Source of the DNA: an uncultured Gammaproteobacteria bacterium
Lineage (GTDB): Bacteria; Patescibacteriota; Microgenomatia; Levybacterales; GWA1-39-11
Length of the DNA: 64,000 nucleotides
Assembly: GCA_964537315.1 (NCBI GenBank)
Contig: CAZIAP010000005.1
Location: 18,669-82,668 of the forward strand
Reading direction: 5' to 3'
Below, one piece after another: positions 9,963 to 19,975 of the stretch. How positions within the stretch are numbered: the stretch's first letter is position 1; each line of letters begins with the position of its first letter. The notes beneath the pieces were generated by a model. The model made no database searches and was not told where the DNA came from. It saw only the letters and a list, made by a program, of their open reading frames with translations. A program made the position numbers and the translations under genes.

Positions 9963-10193
9963 GTCACTGATATTGTACCATTTTATAATACAGAATTATG
10001 CATGCTTGCATTTATGCTCACAGTGCTTCATAATAGCTACTTCATCCGCAAGGACTTCCCTGCCTGAAATTATCATGTGATATATCTGTGTGGGGATTTC
10101 TGTGCGGTGTACGTTAACAAGCGAAGCACCACAAAAAGCCTGCGTCTGGGTGAGGCTTAAAACCACCCTATCGTTTCTACGAAGGAGTACAGC

Positions 10194-11117
10194 GTGTCGC
10201 AGCAAAAAGCCCAACGAATCGGCGCTCTCATCGTGGGGATGAAGATCCGACTCGTTGTCGTTCCTGTGTTGGTGGCTGCAATCAGTGCAGTCATACTGGT
10301 AGTTGGCGAGAATACGCAGGAGGGTCAGAGCGAAAGCTCTGATCCTCAGGTCACACCCGTGATAGTATCAGCAGCACATGCTCCTATGGAGTACTGGGTT
10401 TCTGATCTTCCTCCGGTACTGACCAAACCTGCTATCGTCAAACAATCTCCACAGGAACAAGAACGCACTGTAATCAAATTTCAACTGCTTGAGCACCATG
10501 AACTCAGTGAGTCACTGCCTCAAGAAGAGCGCAAGACGCTGATGGTTAACTCTGCTTTGCAGTTTACTGAATTTGATACTATGCGTCCTGTACCAGCCAC
10601 TGCGGCGACAGAAGAAAACGTAGATATCCATGAACCGGTTGAAGAACCGGCAATAGAACAAGTAGAAGAAGTTGAACCTACAGCGGTTCCTGAACCGGAA
10701 CCACCTGTTGAGGAAATACTTCCTGAACCAGAACCAACCATAGAAGAACGGTCCGTCGCAGAGTATGCAAGCACAACCCTGTATGATGCAGGACAAGCCG
10801 CGTACTATGATCCCAGTTTTGACTGGGGAGGTTGGGAGAGTATCTATTGGATTCACGTAAACGCGGGACGTGTTGCTCAGGGAGCATCAGGTCCTAGTCC
10901 AAACGGATATCACTGTGTACACGTCAACTATGATATAGTAGGTGCCACATTTATTCTTCGCGCAAACGGCGTTGAGATTACATGTGTCACTGCTGACATG
11001 GTTCACGTAGATCATAAAGGCCAATGGGCAGGAAAATGGGCAATAGAGTTGTCCTGGACTGCCTTTGTAGCACTCGGACTCGACAACAATAACTATGTCG
11101 AGGTATATCTTCCTTAG
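10194..11117 (+). CDS. Hypothetical exported protein (GTG start), Pro/Glu-rich linker and conserved C-terminal domain
   Basis: AGGAG RBS upstream of GTG. TM/signal region, EPEPPVEEILPEPEP linker, Cys/His-containing globular C-terminus. Locally GC-richer. Confidence 0.5.
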   Translation: MSQQKAQRIGALIVGMKIRLVVVPVLVAAISAVILVVGENTQEGQSESSDPQVTPVIVSAAHAPMEYWVSDLPPVLTKPAIVKQSPQEQERTVIKFQLLEHHELSESLPQEERKTLMVNSALQFTEFDTMRPVPATAATEENVDIHEPVEEPAIEQVEEVEPTAVPEPEPPVEEILPEPEPTIEERSVAEYASTTLYDAGQAAYYDPSFDWGGWESIYWIHVNAGRVAQGASGPSPNGYHCVHVNYDIVGATFILRANGVEITCVTADMVHVDHKGQWAGKWAIELSWTAFVALGLDNNNYVEVYLP

Positions 11118-11210
11118 GGAAGGGAGGGTTAAGTAAAGTTGGTGCTTCGCTTGTCTCTTCCCAATAATTGATCTCTTGTTTTTCATTTGAAATAGGATAA
11201 TACTCAAATT

Positions 11211-11801
11211 ATGGATAGAGCATCTAATCCAGAGAAGACTCCTGCTACACAATCGCGTACGGAAAAACTTATTAAGAGTGCAATTCCTCACAAAGTATCA
11301 GTCGAACATGATCATGATGACGACACATTAATTGACGTAAAACTTGCAAATCCTTTACGTCGTATAACTCAGCTACTTGAAGAAATAAAAAAGCAAAAAG
11401 CATTTTCGTTTACGCTTAAAGGATCATTAGGTGTGGCAGGGATCGTTATGGTTGTTACTACGTTTGGTATTTTTGGGGGGACTAGAGCATTTTGCAGTAA
11501 AGGGACACAGTCTCACATTGGCACGTTACGCCAGCTCGAATTAAAAGAAGGTGCTGACCGTTCGGTGATTGTAGAGCGTGTAATGGTTATCTGGGATACC
11601 ATAACCGGAAACGATTTTCAAAGACGTAGCAGAAACCGAATGATATTAATTAAAGATAACGGAGATGTTATTGCAGTGTCTGAGAGGATAGTTAATCTAT
11701 CACTTCCTGCTTTTAGACTACCTGTTGTGGTTACGGGTGATTTTGATAGTTGTTCACAAACTCTAACACTGAAAGATTCAAATGGTGTAGAACAGCTATG
11801 A
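11211..11801 (+). CDS. Hypothetical membrane protein, translationally coupled to radC (ATGA overlap)
   Basis: One TM helix. Its stop overlaps the radC start in ATGA at 11798-11801. Confidence 0.5.
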   Translation: MDRASNPEKTPATQSRTEKLIKSAIPHKVSVEHDHDDDTLIDVKLANPLRRITQLLEEIKKQKAFSFTLKGSLGVAGIVMVVTTFGIFGGTRAFCSKGTQSHIGTLRQLELKEGADRSVIVERVMVIWDTITGNDFQRRSRNRMILIKDNGDVIAVSERIVNLSLPAFRLPVVVTGDFDSCSQTLTLKDSNGVEQL

Positions 11802-12499
11802 AAAACTCACATACTCTCAACGATCTGCCTCTGAGTGAACGTCCGAGGGAGCGTTTAGTTTTGTTTGGCACTGAGGCGCTATCTGCCCAGGAGCTCGTGG
11901 CGATTATTTTGGGTAGAGGTGTAGCAGGCGAGCCAGTCATGCTTACCGCGCAAAAGTTACTCTCAACGTTCGGGTCGCTTGATGCCCTAATTAACGCTTC
12001 ACTTGAAGACCTGCAAACAGTCAAAGGTATCGGACTTGCTAAAGCCTGTCAATTCCGAGCAATTTTGGAAATTTCTCACCGTATAAACGACCCTTTACAT
12101 AGCAGTGATAAAAGTAAAAAGTCAAAAGCTTTACTTAAACCTGATGACGTGTACAAAATGATTAAGCCTAAGTTTGCTCGTCTTAAGAAGGAACATTTTG
12201 TTTTATTATCATTCGATACAAGAAATAGAGTAATCGGGTTTGATACCATTTCAGTCGGAACTTTAAACGCAAGCCTCGTCCACCCGAGAGAGCTATTTGG
12301 TATTGCTATTAGACGGCACGCAGCGTCTGTAATCATAGTTCATAATCACCCTTCTGGAGACCCTGATCCTTCAGACGAAGATATAAAAGTCACTGCAAAA
12401 TTAGTAGAAGCAGGCAAGCTTATGGGAATTCAAGTTTTAGATCATATTGTCGTGGCACAAGATAGTTTTTACAGCTTCAACTCGGAGAATGTTATGTAA
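11798..12499 (+). CDS. radC: RadC-like JAB/MPN domain protein
   Basis: N-terminus LSERPRERL and JAMM motif HNHPSGDPDPSDEDIKVT. Start adjusted to MKNSHT. Confidence 0.8.
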   Translation: MKNSHTLNDLPLSERPRERLVLFGTEALSAQELVAIILGRGVAGEPVMLTAQKLLSTFGSLDALINASLEDLQTVKGIGLAKACQFRAILEISHRINDPLHSSDKSKKSKALLKPDDVYKMIKPKFARLKKEHFVLLSFDTRNRVIGFDTISVGTLNASLVHPRELFGIAIRRHAASVIIVHNHPSGDPDPSDEDIKVTAKLVEAGKLMGIQVLDHIVVAQDSFYSFNSENVM

Positions 12500-12586
12500 A
12501 AAGCAGACAGTAGTAATCTGTACAGTGAGCAGTAAACCAGGCTAGTTTCTTACTTAATTCTATAACTGGCAAATTAATATAAATTA

Positions 12587-13462
12587 ATGAGTATTCCAAA
12601 ATATAAGGTGTTAATAACTCTTGTCGTTGTAACATTATCAGCGATAGCTATTTATTATTTATTGCAACATGAAAATAGAGGAAATAGTCCTTTCGGAATT
12701 AATGGTAATAATACTGTACCCGATCAAAATCCAGGAAATAATTCACAGAATGAAGTTCCTGTACCACTTCGATCAGAAAACATCATTGTTAGTTTACCTT
12801 ACCGTAATAGTGAAGTAGGTCTTCCGTTAGTAGTACGTGGAGAGGCGCGCACATTTGAAAATGTAGTGAACGTCAGACTATCTCAGCAGGACGGTCGTAT
12901 ATTAGCTGAAGATTTTACGACAGCAGACGCTCCTGATATCGGTCAGTTTGGTCCGTTTGAGTTTCAACTGACATACCCTGAACCTACTCAGAGAAACGGT
13001 ATATTGGAAGTTTTTCAGCACTCAGCAAAAGACGGATCTGAGATCGACAAAGTTACCATACCTGTTATATTCGCAAGAGCTGACGCGATGATGATAAACG
13101 TATATTTTTCAGGTCAGAACTCCCAAAACTGTGAGGCGGTAGTTTCAGCCAGACGCAGGATTCCGCGTACTCAACAGACAGCAAGAGCTGCACTTGAACA
13201 GCTACTGCGGGGTCCAACAGCAGAGGAACGAAACCAAGGACTACAAACTCAGATTAATCCCGGTGTAGAGATCAAGGGACTTTCAATTCAAAATGGAGTT
13301 GCCTATGCTGATTTTAATGATGCGCTTGAGAACGGAGTAGCCGGATCTTGCAGAGTTCAGGCGATAAGATCACAAATCACACAAACATTGCTACAGTTTC
13401 CAACAATCAATAGTGTACAAATCTCGATTAATGGACGCACAAATGACGTTTTACAACCTTAG
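12587..13462 (+). CDS. Lipoprotein-like protein with Gmad2 Ig-like and GerMN domains
   Basis: TM/signal N-terminus. The motif block from VYFSGQNSQNCEAVVSARRRIP to LEQLLRGPTAEE is GerMN-like. Confidence 0.55.
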   Translation: MSIPKYKVLITLVVVTLSAIAIYYLLQHENRGNSPFGINGNNTVPDQNPGNNSQNEVPVPLRSENIIVSLPYRNSEVGLPLVVRGEARTFENVVNVRLSQQDGRILAEDFTTADAPDIGQFGPFEFQLTYPEPTQRNGILEVFQHSAKDGSEIDKVTIPVIFARADAMMINVYFSGQNSQNCEAVVSARRRIPRTQQTARAALEQLLRGPTAEERNQGLQTQINPGVEIKGLSIQNGVAYADFNDALENGVAGSCRVQAIRSQITQTLLQFPTINSVQISINGRTNDVLQP

Positions 13463-13500
13463 TGTATAAGTTATTGAGAAGTAAGGTTAAAAACAAAAAT

Positions 13501-14457
13501 TTAAACTTTTGCGCACTCGTTATATGCCTGGACTTGTGAATTATACTGACTGCTAAGCTGTTTCATATTTTCGACCAGAGTATTAAACTCTCTGACTTTT
13601 GCGTTGTACTCATCAACTTTTCGGTTATATTCATCAGCTTCTTGTTGAGACTGTGGATTCTTATTGTTTTCTAGTTCTTGTTTCCTTCTATCAAGGTCTG
13701 CCTGAATAGCATCTGCCTGCGCAGACTTCTGGTCCAGTTGCACTTTTAGTCCACCGTCGATTACAGGACAAGCGCTTCGTGGTTTTCCGAAATGTTGTAC
13801 TGCCATCCAGGTTTTTCTCCCCTCATATATGCCTTGTCCAACGGCAATTCCAATTTCAGTGTATCCTGCTTTAAGCATATTTTCCCTGTGTCCGGGGCTG
13901 TCCATCCAAGCTTGGATGAGGTCCTGATCATCAGCAAAATTACCTAATGCCAAGTTTTCTCCGGTCATGATGTACTCATACCCAACACTGGATACAACAT
14001 CTGCAGGTTTTACACCTTGGGGGTTATCATGCGCAAAGTATTGCTGATCGAACATGTCTTCCAGTTTTTTCTGTGCAGATTGATTAAGTAGCGTACTCTC
14101 AGTAAGTTGCCCTACTCCGTGTTGCGCTCTCATGGTATTTGTCCACTTTATCGAACCTTCCCTCGTTAGATAAGGATCGGGTGCATTACGATCAGTTTTA
14201 AGTGGTTCAGGAGTAGTTACCTCTTGCGCAATTTCTCTGGCAATCGGAACATCCAGTAGTGCTTCTAGTAACTCTTCACTGACCAGAGAATCATAAATAC
14301 TTTTAACATAACCTCTCCCCCAAAAAATTCCTCCTGCTATAAGAAGTAATAATATTGGAATAACTAAAAATTTAAAAGAAATTGTATTAAATATATTTTT
14401 TTTCTGATTCTTTTTAATCGGCATATCTGTATTATAGCAATATGATTTTATATGCAA
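13501..14457 (-). CDS. Secreted CAP/SCP (PR-1-like) domain protein with C-terminal coiled coil
   Basis: Signal/TM N-terminus, GHRENML...YTEIGIAV CAP signature, Q/E-rich coiled-coil tail. Confidence 0.6.
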   Translation of the reverse strand: MHIKSYCYNTDMPIKKNQKKNIFNTISFKFLVIPILLLLIAGGIFWGRGYVKSIYDSLVSEELLEALLDVPIAREIAQEVTTPEPLKTDRNAPDPYLTREGSIKWTNTMRAQHGVGQLTESTLLNQSAQKKLEDMFDQQYFAHDNPQGVKPADVVSSVGYEYIMTGENLALGNFADDQDLIQAWMDSPGHRENMLKAGYTEIGIAVGQGIYEGRKTWMAVQHFGKPRSACPVIDGGLKVQLDQKSAQADAIQADLDRRKQELENNKNPQSQQEADEYNRKVDEYNAKVREFNTLVENMKQLSSQYNSQVQAYNECAKV

Positions 14458-14495
14458 TATAAAGTTACTTAATATACTTGCACTGTGTGAAGTAA

Positions 14496-15053
14496 TTGCT
14501 TATACTAAATCTAATGAATAAAACTTTGCTTTTTGTTTTGATAGGAGTAGCTATACTCGCCGCAGTAAGTGTTTTTCTTTTTTCTCGTTCCGGATCTGTA
14601 GATTTACATGGTTCTGCAAATAACAATGAAAATATTACAGCTGGAGAGTCTGGTTTATTTACGAGTGCATTTACCGGTTCCGGATCTGTGAAATGTGAAT
14701 ACACAGATGATCTGGCACAAGGCACAGCGTATGTTAAGGATGGTAAAGTACGTTTCACATCAGTTAACGAAGGTCAGTCTGCCAATATTATTATCGTTAA
14801 TAACATAATGTATATGTGGGGAGTTGGTGCTACAGAAGGCTTAGTAATAGACACAACACAGGCACAAGCAGATGGAGAAGATGCAGGTCTCAACTACTCT
14901 AGTCCTGAGGAAGTGAGAGCAGAGATTGAGAGCAAACAGCCTGAGTGTGTAAACGAAGAGATTGATGATGCGATGTTTGACCCTCCAACAGACGTAAACT
15001 TTACAGACTTTAGTCAGTTTATGCAAAACCTCCCTACAGTTCCCACGGAATAG
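14496..15053 (+). CDS. Secreted hypothetical protein
   Basis: Signal-like hydrophobic N-terminus. No recognisable domain. Confidence 0.45.
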   Translation: MLILNLMNKTLLFVLIGVAILAAVSVFLFSRSGSVDLHGSANNNENITAGESGLFTSAFTGSGSVKCEYTDDLAQGTAYVKDGKVRFTSVNEGQSANIIIVNNIMYMWGVGATEGLVIDTTQAQADGEDAGLNYSSPEEVRAEIESKQPECVNEEIDDAMFDPPTDVNFTDFSQFMQNLPTVPTE

Positions 15054-15162
15054 TAATTTCCTAGAGCACATTTCTTAACAACTAGCATTCTGTCTCACCG
15101 TTTAGTAAAATCACTCCATCTTGCAATCTTGGCAAGCGTACATTAACTAGATAGGAGACAAC

Positions 15163-15762
15163 GTGGATAACACGCTTGACTTGCAGGCATTGGAAGTGTT
15201 CAATGTCATCGCTAACGCGCCTGAAGGGTCCATTACCTCTGTTCTTTTGAACTATTCGGATACGAGAGTCTATGAGCTTCTGAGGAATCTTGAAATCAGC
15301 TTTGACACAAAGCTGGTTAGACGTGAAAGTTCCGGCTATGTACTCACCGACGCAGGTAGAGAAATTGCCGTATATACTGCTCAGATTTCTCGCCTTTGTG
15401 CAGCGATTCATAATCAGCTCAAAGACTTTCCTGGGTTAGTCTCAGGTACAGTGACTGTTGGATATGTATATCCAATTCCAGAGATGGTTCTCATGCCTTA
15501 CAAGGCAGAGTTTGAACATGAAAATCCAGCTGCAAATCTGCGCGCTAAGTACTTTAGTTCCGGAAAAGAGGCTGTCAGAGGATTGCTTAATGGTGAAATA
15601 ACGTTCGCATTTGTGAAAAACTCTGACGTTAATTCCAATATCCAGGGAATTCGTTTTCGATCCGAAAAAAATGAAGCGTACTGGTTGCTTTGGCGTAAAA
15701 ACAATCTGCTGGTTCAAGCAGAGATGGCGTTTTTACGTCTATTTGAAACTGAAGGCAGGTAG
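15163..15762 (+). CDS. Short LysR-like transcriptional regulator (GTG start)
   Basis: AGGAG RBS. N-terminus LQALEVFNVIANAPEGSITSV...LTDAGREI fits a LysR HTH. Only 199 aa, so the effector domain is truncated. Confidence 0.4.
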   Translation: MDNTLDLQALEVFNVIANAPEGSITSVLLNYSDTRVYELLRNLEISFDTKLVRRESSGYVLTDAGREIAVYTAQISRLCAAIHNQLKDFPGLVSGTVTVGYVYPIPEMVLMPYKAEFEHENPAANLRAKYFSSGKEAVRGLLNGEITFAFVKNSDVNSNIQGIRFRSEKNEAYWLLWRKNNLLVQAEMAFLRLFETEGR

Positions 15763-15786
15763 AATTTACACTTTAATATCTAGTTA

Positions 15787-15816
15787 CCCGGCGGCAATCC
15801 CGCCGGGTTTTTTTGT
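15787..15816 (+). terminator. Rho-independent terminator
   Basis: CCCGGCGGC-AAT-CCCGCCGGG followed by TTTTTTT. Confidence 0.75.
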
Positions 15817-15911
15817 GGCAAAATACTCGTCATAAATATCCCATAGTTTGATTTTTAAATAAAAATATGCTATTATTTGCGGGTTCTTTATTCTCATTTC
15901 ATCTTGAAAGG

Positions 15912-16319
15912 ATGAGGAAAATGTACCGAGACGAAAAGAAAATCGCTCGATATCAAATACTTGCCGATGGAATGTTGAATAACTGTAACGCTGAATACTT
16001 CGGTATTCAGATTATAACCAGTCGTGAAGATCCGACGCTGACTGGTGCAGAATATTTTCTTGGTGACATTGAGCTATTTTCTATGTTAGTCGGAATGTTG
16101 GAAGACATGGAAACGTTTGATGAACCGGTTGACGGTAGCTTGGCTCTATTCTTTGATGACGAGGGAAACTTGGTTGATCTTGGAAGAGTCGAATCCGAAT
16201 CAAATGGGTCACTTAATGTCACGATCAAGTTTAGAAACTATATAGTTTCTGTTCCGGTAGGAAAGGCAGTTGTAGAGGCGACGCATGAGTCGGTGCTCTA
16301 CATTGAAGACCCTTTTTAG
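15912..16319 (+). CDS. Hypothetical acidic protein
   Basis: ORF with a GGATGAGG RBS-like sequence. Start placed at MRKMYR; the upstream ATG in the ORF track is possible. Confidence 0.45.
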   Translation: MRKMYRDEKKIARYQILADGMLNNCNAEYFGIQIITSREDPTLTGAEYFLGDIELFSMLVGMLEDMETFDEPVDGSLALFFDDEGNLVDLGRVESESNGSLNVTIKFRNYIVSVPVGKAVVEATHESVLYIEDPF

Positions 16320-16337
16320 TAATCGGAGTACACACAC

Positions 16338-16366
16338 AGCCCCCGCATAGTCGGGGGCTTTTCTTT
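16338..16366 (+). terminator. Rho-independent terminator
   Basis: AGCCCCCG-CATAGT-CGGGGGCT followed by TTTCTTT. Confidence 0.65.
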
Positions 16367-16399
16367 AGTGAATTTTTCAAGTGATGGTATACTTAAAGT

Positions 16400-16669
16400 A
16401 TGAAGGATAAAAATATAAAAAAATTATGGTTTAAAAGAAAAAAATATGGTTGGGGATGGTATCCTGCAACCTGGCAAGGATGGGCAATTACTCTTGCCTA
16501 TGTAGGAGTGATAGTCTTTTTTGGACGTACAATTGATGACCAAACTCCATTAAACGAAGTTATATATTCATTTCTGATTCCTATTGCACTACTTACAGCA
16601 GCCTTCATTTATATTGCCTCACGCACTGGTGAATCTCCAAAATGGCAGTGGGGGAAGAAAAATTCATAA
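16400..16669 (+). CDS. Small membrane protein
   Basis: Two hydrophobic helices. Stop overlaps the xseA start (TAATG). Confidence 0.4.
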   Translation: MKDKNIKKLWFKRKKYGWGWYPATWQGWAITLAYVGVIVFFGRTIDDQTPLNEVIYSFLIPIALLTAAFIYIASRTGESPKWQWGKKNS

Positions 16670-17772
16670 TGGAATTCGATAGACCAATCCCCGTCTCAGT
16701 TTTTATCCAAGTATTAAATACTCAATTAAGTAATCTTCATGCAAAAATTATCGGAGAAGTGTCTGGATTGAAAAAAGCTTCAAGCGGACACGTCTATTTT
16801 GACCTGAAGGATTCCGAAGGAGTAATAAATTGCGTAGTCTGGAAATATAAATATCAGGTTTCAGGTATCAGCTTAGAAGAGGGTATGCAGATTGTGGCAA
16901 ACGGAAAACCGAACGTATATGCCCCCAATGGAAGACTTAGTTTTATTGCAGATACATTAGAGTATGCAGGTGAGGGCGAGTTGAAAAAAGCATACAATAT
17001 GCTTCGTAAAAAACTGGATGCAGAGGGACTATTTGCGCAGGAAAGGAAAAGAGAGCTTCCAAAATACGTTAAAAAAATCGGAGTAATTACCTCAAAACAT
17101 GGAGCAGTAATTCATGATTTTGAAAATAATCTGGGACGGTGGGGTTTCAAAATAAAATTTGTTGATTCAAGAGTAGAGGGAAAAGAATCAATTCATGATT
17201 TATTATCTTCTATATATACCTTGAGCAAGCAGGATATTGATGCCTTGGTTATCATGCGGGGTGGAGGATCACGTGAGTCCTTGGCTTCTTTTGATACAGA
17301 AGCAGTGGTCAGAGCAGTTGCAAATTTTCCGGTTCCGGTTGTGGCAGGGATCGGACACCATGAAGACGTTCCGCTTACCGTTCTTGCTGCAGACTTGGCA
17401 GTGTCTACTCCGACTGCGGCAGCTCATGTGTTTAATAAACCATGGGAAGAGTTGGTTTATACCGTAGAAAATTATGAGGGTCGAATTATTCAGCAGTTTG
17501 CGCATCGCCTCAGCTCAGTAAGTCAGTATATGCAGTCGTACAGCTCAGGTTTAGTCAGGTTATTTGAACAGCAGTTTAGAACTGCGTATACAAAATTAGA
17601 AAACTTTGAAAAGATTATTGCCAGTAACAATCCTGAGCGTCAATTGAAACTCGGGTACAGTATAGTACGAAAAGACGGACAGATTGTGAGGAATATAAAA
17701 AATGTTACAATAGGAGACGAACTTGAGACACGTGTTTCAGACGGAACAATAACGTCCAAGGTCACAAAGTAA
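16669..17772 (+). CDS. xseA: Exodeoxyribonuclease VII large subunit
   Basis: OB-fold N-terminus (VSVFIQVLN...GEVSG...HVYFDLKD) and conserved catalytic core. Confidence 0.8.
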   Translation: MEFDRPIPVSVFIQVLNTQLSNLHAKIIGEVSGLKKASSGHVYFDLKDSEGVINCVVWKYKYQVSGISLEEGMQIVANGKPNVYAPNGRLSFIADTLEYAGEGELKKAYNMLRKKLDAEGLFAQERKRELPKYVKKIGVITSKHGAVIHDFENNLGRWGFKIKFVDSRVEGKESIHDLLSSIYTLSKQDIDALVIMRGGGSRESLASFDTEAVVRAVANFPVPVVAGIGHHEDVPLTVLAADLAVSTPTAAAHVFNKPWEELVYTVENYEGRIIQQFAHRLSSVSQYMQSYSSGLVRLFEQQFRTAYTKLENFEKIIASNNPERQLKLGYSIVRKDGQIVRNIKNVTIGDELETRVSDGTITSKVTK

Positions 17773-17773
17773 T

Positions 17774-18064
17774 ATGAGCACTATAAATGTAGATGAAAAA
17801 TTAAAAAAACTCCAAGAAATAGCCGAGTGGTTTGACAACCAGGAAGAAGTCGATGTAGAACAGGGGTTAGAAAAAGTTAAAGAAGCATCAACTTTGATTG
17901 CAGAAAGCAAATCCAGACTTAAAGAGATTGAGAATGAGTTTGAAGAGATAAAAAAAGAAATAGATCCGGAACTTAAAATTGAAGAGAAGTTAGTAATCGA
18001 AAAAACTGAATCAACAAAGATTGAAGTAACCTCAGAAGAAGACTCCAATGATATGCCTTTTTAA
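17774..18064 (+). CDS. xseB: Exodeoxyribonuclease VII small subunit with acidic C-terminal extension
   Basis: LKKLQEIAEWFDNQEEVDVEQGLEKVKEA is XseB-like. Directly follows xseA. Confidence 0.7.
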   Translation: MSTINVDEKLKKLQEIAEWFDNQEEVDVEQGLEKVKEASTLIAESKSRLKEIENEFEEIKKEIDPELKIEEKLVIEKTESTKIEVTSEEDSNDMPF

Positions 18065-18084
18065 ATAACCTCTTCACACAAGAA

Positions 18085-18122
18085 GAAAAAAAGCCCCGGG
18101 TGAATCCCAGGGCTTGGAAAAA
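18085..18122. terminator. Bidirectional terminator, strongest for the minus-strand small gene
   Basis: AGCCCCGGG-TGAAT-CCCAGGGCT hairpin, with A7 on one side (T7 on the minus strand) and a T/A-rich tract on the other. Confidence 0.6.
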
Positions 18123-18133
18123 GAGCGTGTCGG

Positions 18134-18325
18134 TTATCTACGCCACACCAGGAGGATGATTATGATTACAAGCAGGCCTATCACCACCAAAGATAAATTG
18201 GAGGTGTCGAGCTTGTATCGCAATGCATCATCAATTTGATGAAATGGACGGTCAGATAACCACCAGCCAACGAGGAAACCCAATATCATCAGCAGTGCTG
18301 CAAACACACCGGAGTTAGCCCTCAT
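18134..18325 (-). CDS. Small membrane protein (2 TM helices)
   Basis: Hydrophobic 63-aa ORF with a strong terminator just downstream on the minus strand. Confidence 0.45.
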   Translation of the reverse strand: MRANSGVFAALLMILGFLVGWWLSDRPFHQIDDALRYKLDTSNLSLVVIGLLVIIIILLVWRR

Positions 18326-18630
18326 CGTACTCTCCTTTTTTTAAAACGAACAATATGTACTGGCACAAAAATCAGCCGCTATTGGCCGAGCTTGCGCCTA
18401 AGACCTGCATTATACATCAAAATCAGAATAAGAAAATAATACGCTTCACTTTATAACCGTTTAACTCGTTAATATATAACCCGTTAATAATTAATAAACT
18501 GTTTTCTTTTACTCCATTCATACTCATCTACTATCGTTTTTTGTTTGACTTTGTAATCTCACGAGGTTAGAATGAACACTGTTTTAACCTCGAAAGTTTT
18601 TATTTCCAATTTTTTGATCTGGGGCTTTGC

Positions 18631-19131
18631 GTGCATGAAGAATCGTGCTCGGAGAGCCACAGTTCAGCATGGAGAGTAAATAGATTGGAGGAAAATCTTG
18701 AAACAGCACGTGGGGATGCTGTAAAACTCAACCCGATATACGGGTTTAGTGCTGATAATGGCACCAAGTACGTTGATTTGTTTGGGAAGGATATGCACAC
18801 CGTGAACTTTTCCGAAATCGGTCGAGAGAAAAAGGTGGCCTATGTGATTCAAGGTACAATCAACTGTCCAAAGCGGCAGGCTGATGTCAGCGAACTGTTT
18901 GAAAATAGGTTCCTGAAAACAGCAAAGTCACTTCAGGGATTTGATCAGGGATTTAAGCTGGTAGATCCTCATAGTGGAAAAACCTTTGCTATTACGGTGT
19001 GGAAAGATGAGCGGTCTTTCAAAAAAGCGTGTACAAATACCGATTTCTTGGTAGATCTGATAGATCTCTCCAAGACAATTGGGACAACACCTCATATGTA
19101 TGAGGTATCCGACGCTAGCGCGCAAACTTAA
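18631..19131 (+). CDS. Hypothetical protein, possible ABM-like fold
   Basis: FAITVWKDERSFKKA resembles the ABM motif. Start uncertain. Confidence 0.35.
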   Translation: MHEESCSESHSSAWRVNRLEENLETARGDAVKLNPIYGFSADNGTKYVDLFGKDMHTVNFSEIGREKKVAYVIQGTINCPKRQADVSELFENRFLKTAKSLQGFDQGFKLVDPHSGKTFAITVWKDERSFKKACTNTDFLVDLIDLSKTIGTTPHMYEVSDASAQT

Positions 19132-19273
19132 CAACGACAAAGCCGAAAGGTAGATAGAACACTCATAACATGCATCTTACGATGGAGCAAATCGATGTGT
19201 GTAGGGTCAATCTATCTTTCGGCCTCAACCTACACAATTGATAACCGCAGTCATCAGATGTATAATCTCATAA

Positions 19274-19954
19274 ATGAGTGAAGTTCTAAGAGATAATCCT
19301 GAACTGCCCGCTCCGACTCCTATAGAGGAAATTAGTAAATTCTGTACGAATATAGAGTTTGACTCCATACTGTTACCCGAAGAACAAAGACGACTTTATA
19401 GTCCTTTATTAAACTCGCTTAAATACGCAGTCGGCCATGATCGGTACGTTATGAAATATTTGGATTATCAAAAAAATCATTATGTAAACCAAAGACTTTC
19501 TTCATCCGAGTTATTCTTTATAAACAAATCTATCATAAATAAGTATTCTACGTTTGATGTAACGACTGAGGAACAAAATGAGGTTTTTCGTACGAGACTT
19601 GAAGGGTGGGCAAAGAAAATAGATAGTCCTTCAATTGTTGCGATAGAAAATAATAATACACCTGAGTTGATTGTTCGAGCTAACTATATTGGAGGTACAA
19701 CTTACGATAATTATGTCATTCCCGGTACCGCAATAGGAGCAGTTCGTTTTATACCTGATAAAAGTAGTATTGATGAACTATACGTGAATTCAAACGATAT
19801 AGAATATTCACTGCAAAATAATTTAGATTATAGTCCTATCTCTGATTATCATGCTGAAATATTAAAAAATATATTGAGCGTGACTGAACAAAAAATAAAA
19901 AAAGAATACGAGCAAGTGGTAAATTTTGTTGGTAAAGTTAAAGGATTAGAATAA
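19274..19954 (+). CDS. Hypothetical protein
   Basis: Long ORF with typical codon usage and no recognisable motif. Confidence 0.45.
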   Translation: MSEVLRDNPELPAPTPIEEISKFCTNIEFDSILLPEEQRRLYSPLLNSLKYAVGHDRYVMKYLDYQKNHYVNQRLSSSELFFINKSIINKYSTFDVTTEEQNEVFRTRLEGWAKKIDSPSIVAIENNNTPELIVRANYIGGTTYDNYVIPGTAIGAVRFIPDKSSIDELYVNSNDIEYSLQNNLDYSPISDYHAEILKNILSVTEQKIKKEYEQVVNFVGKVKGLE

Positions 19955-19975
19955 TCAGACTAGCGGCTTAAAGTG

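Noticed and set aside
10512-11291. Minus-strand ORFs (10512..10856, 10520..10774, 10678..10887, 10887..11291)
   Set aside because: Overlap the better-supported plus-strand genes. Arg/Cys/Phe-rich odd composition.
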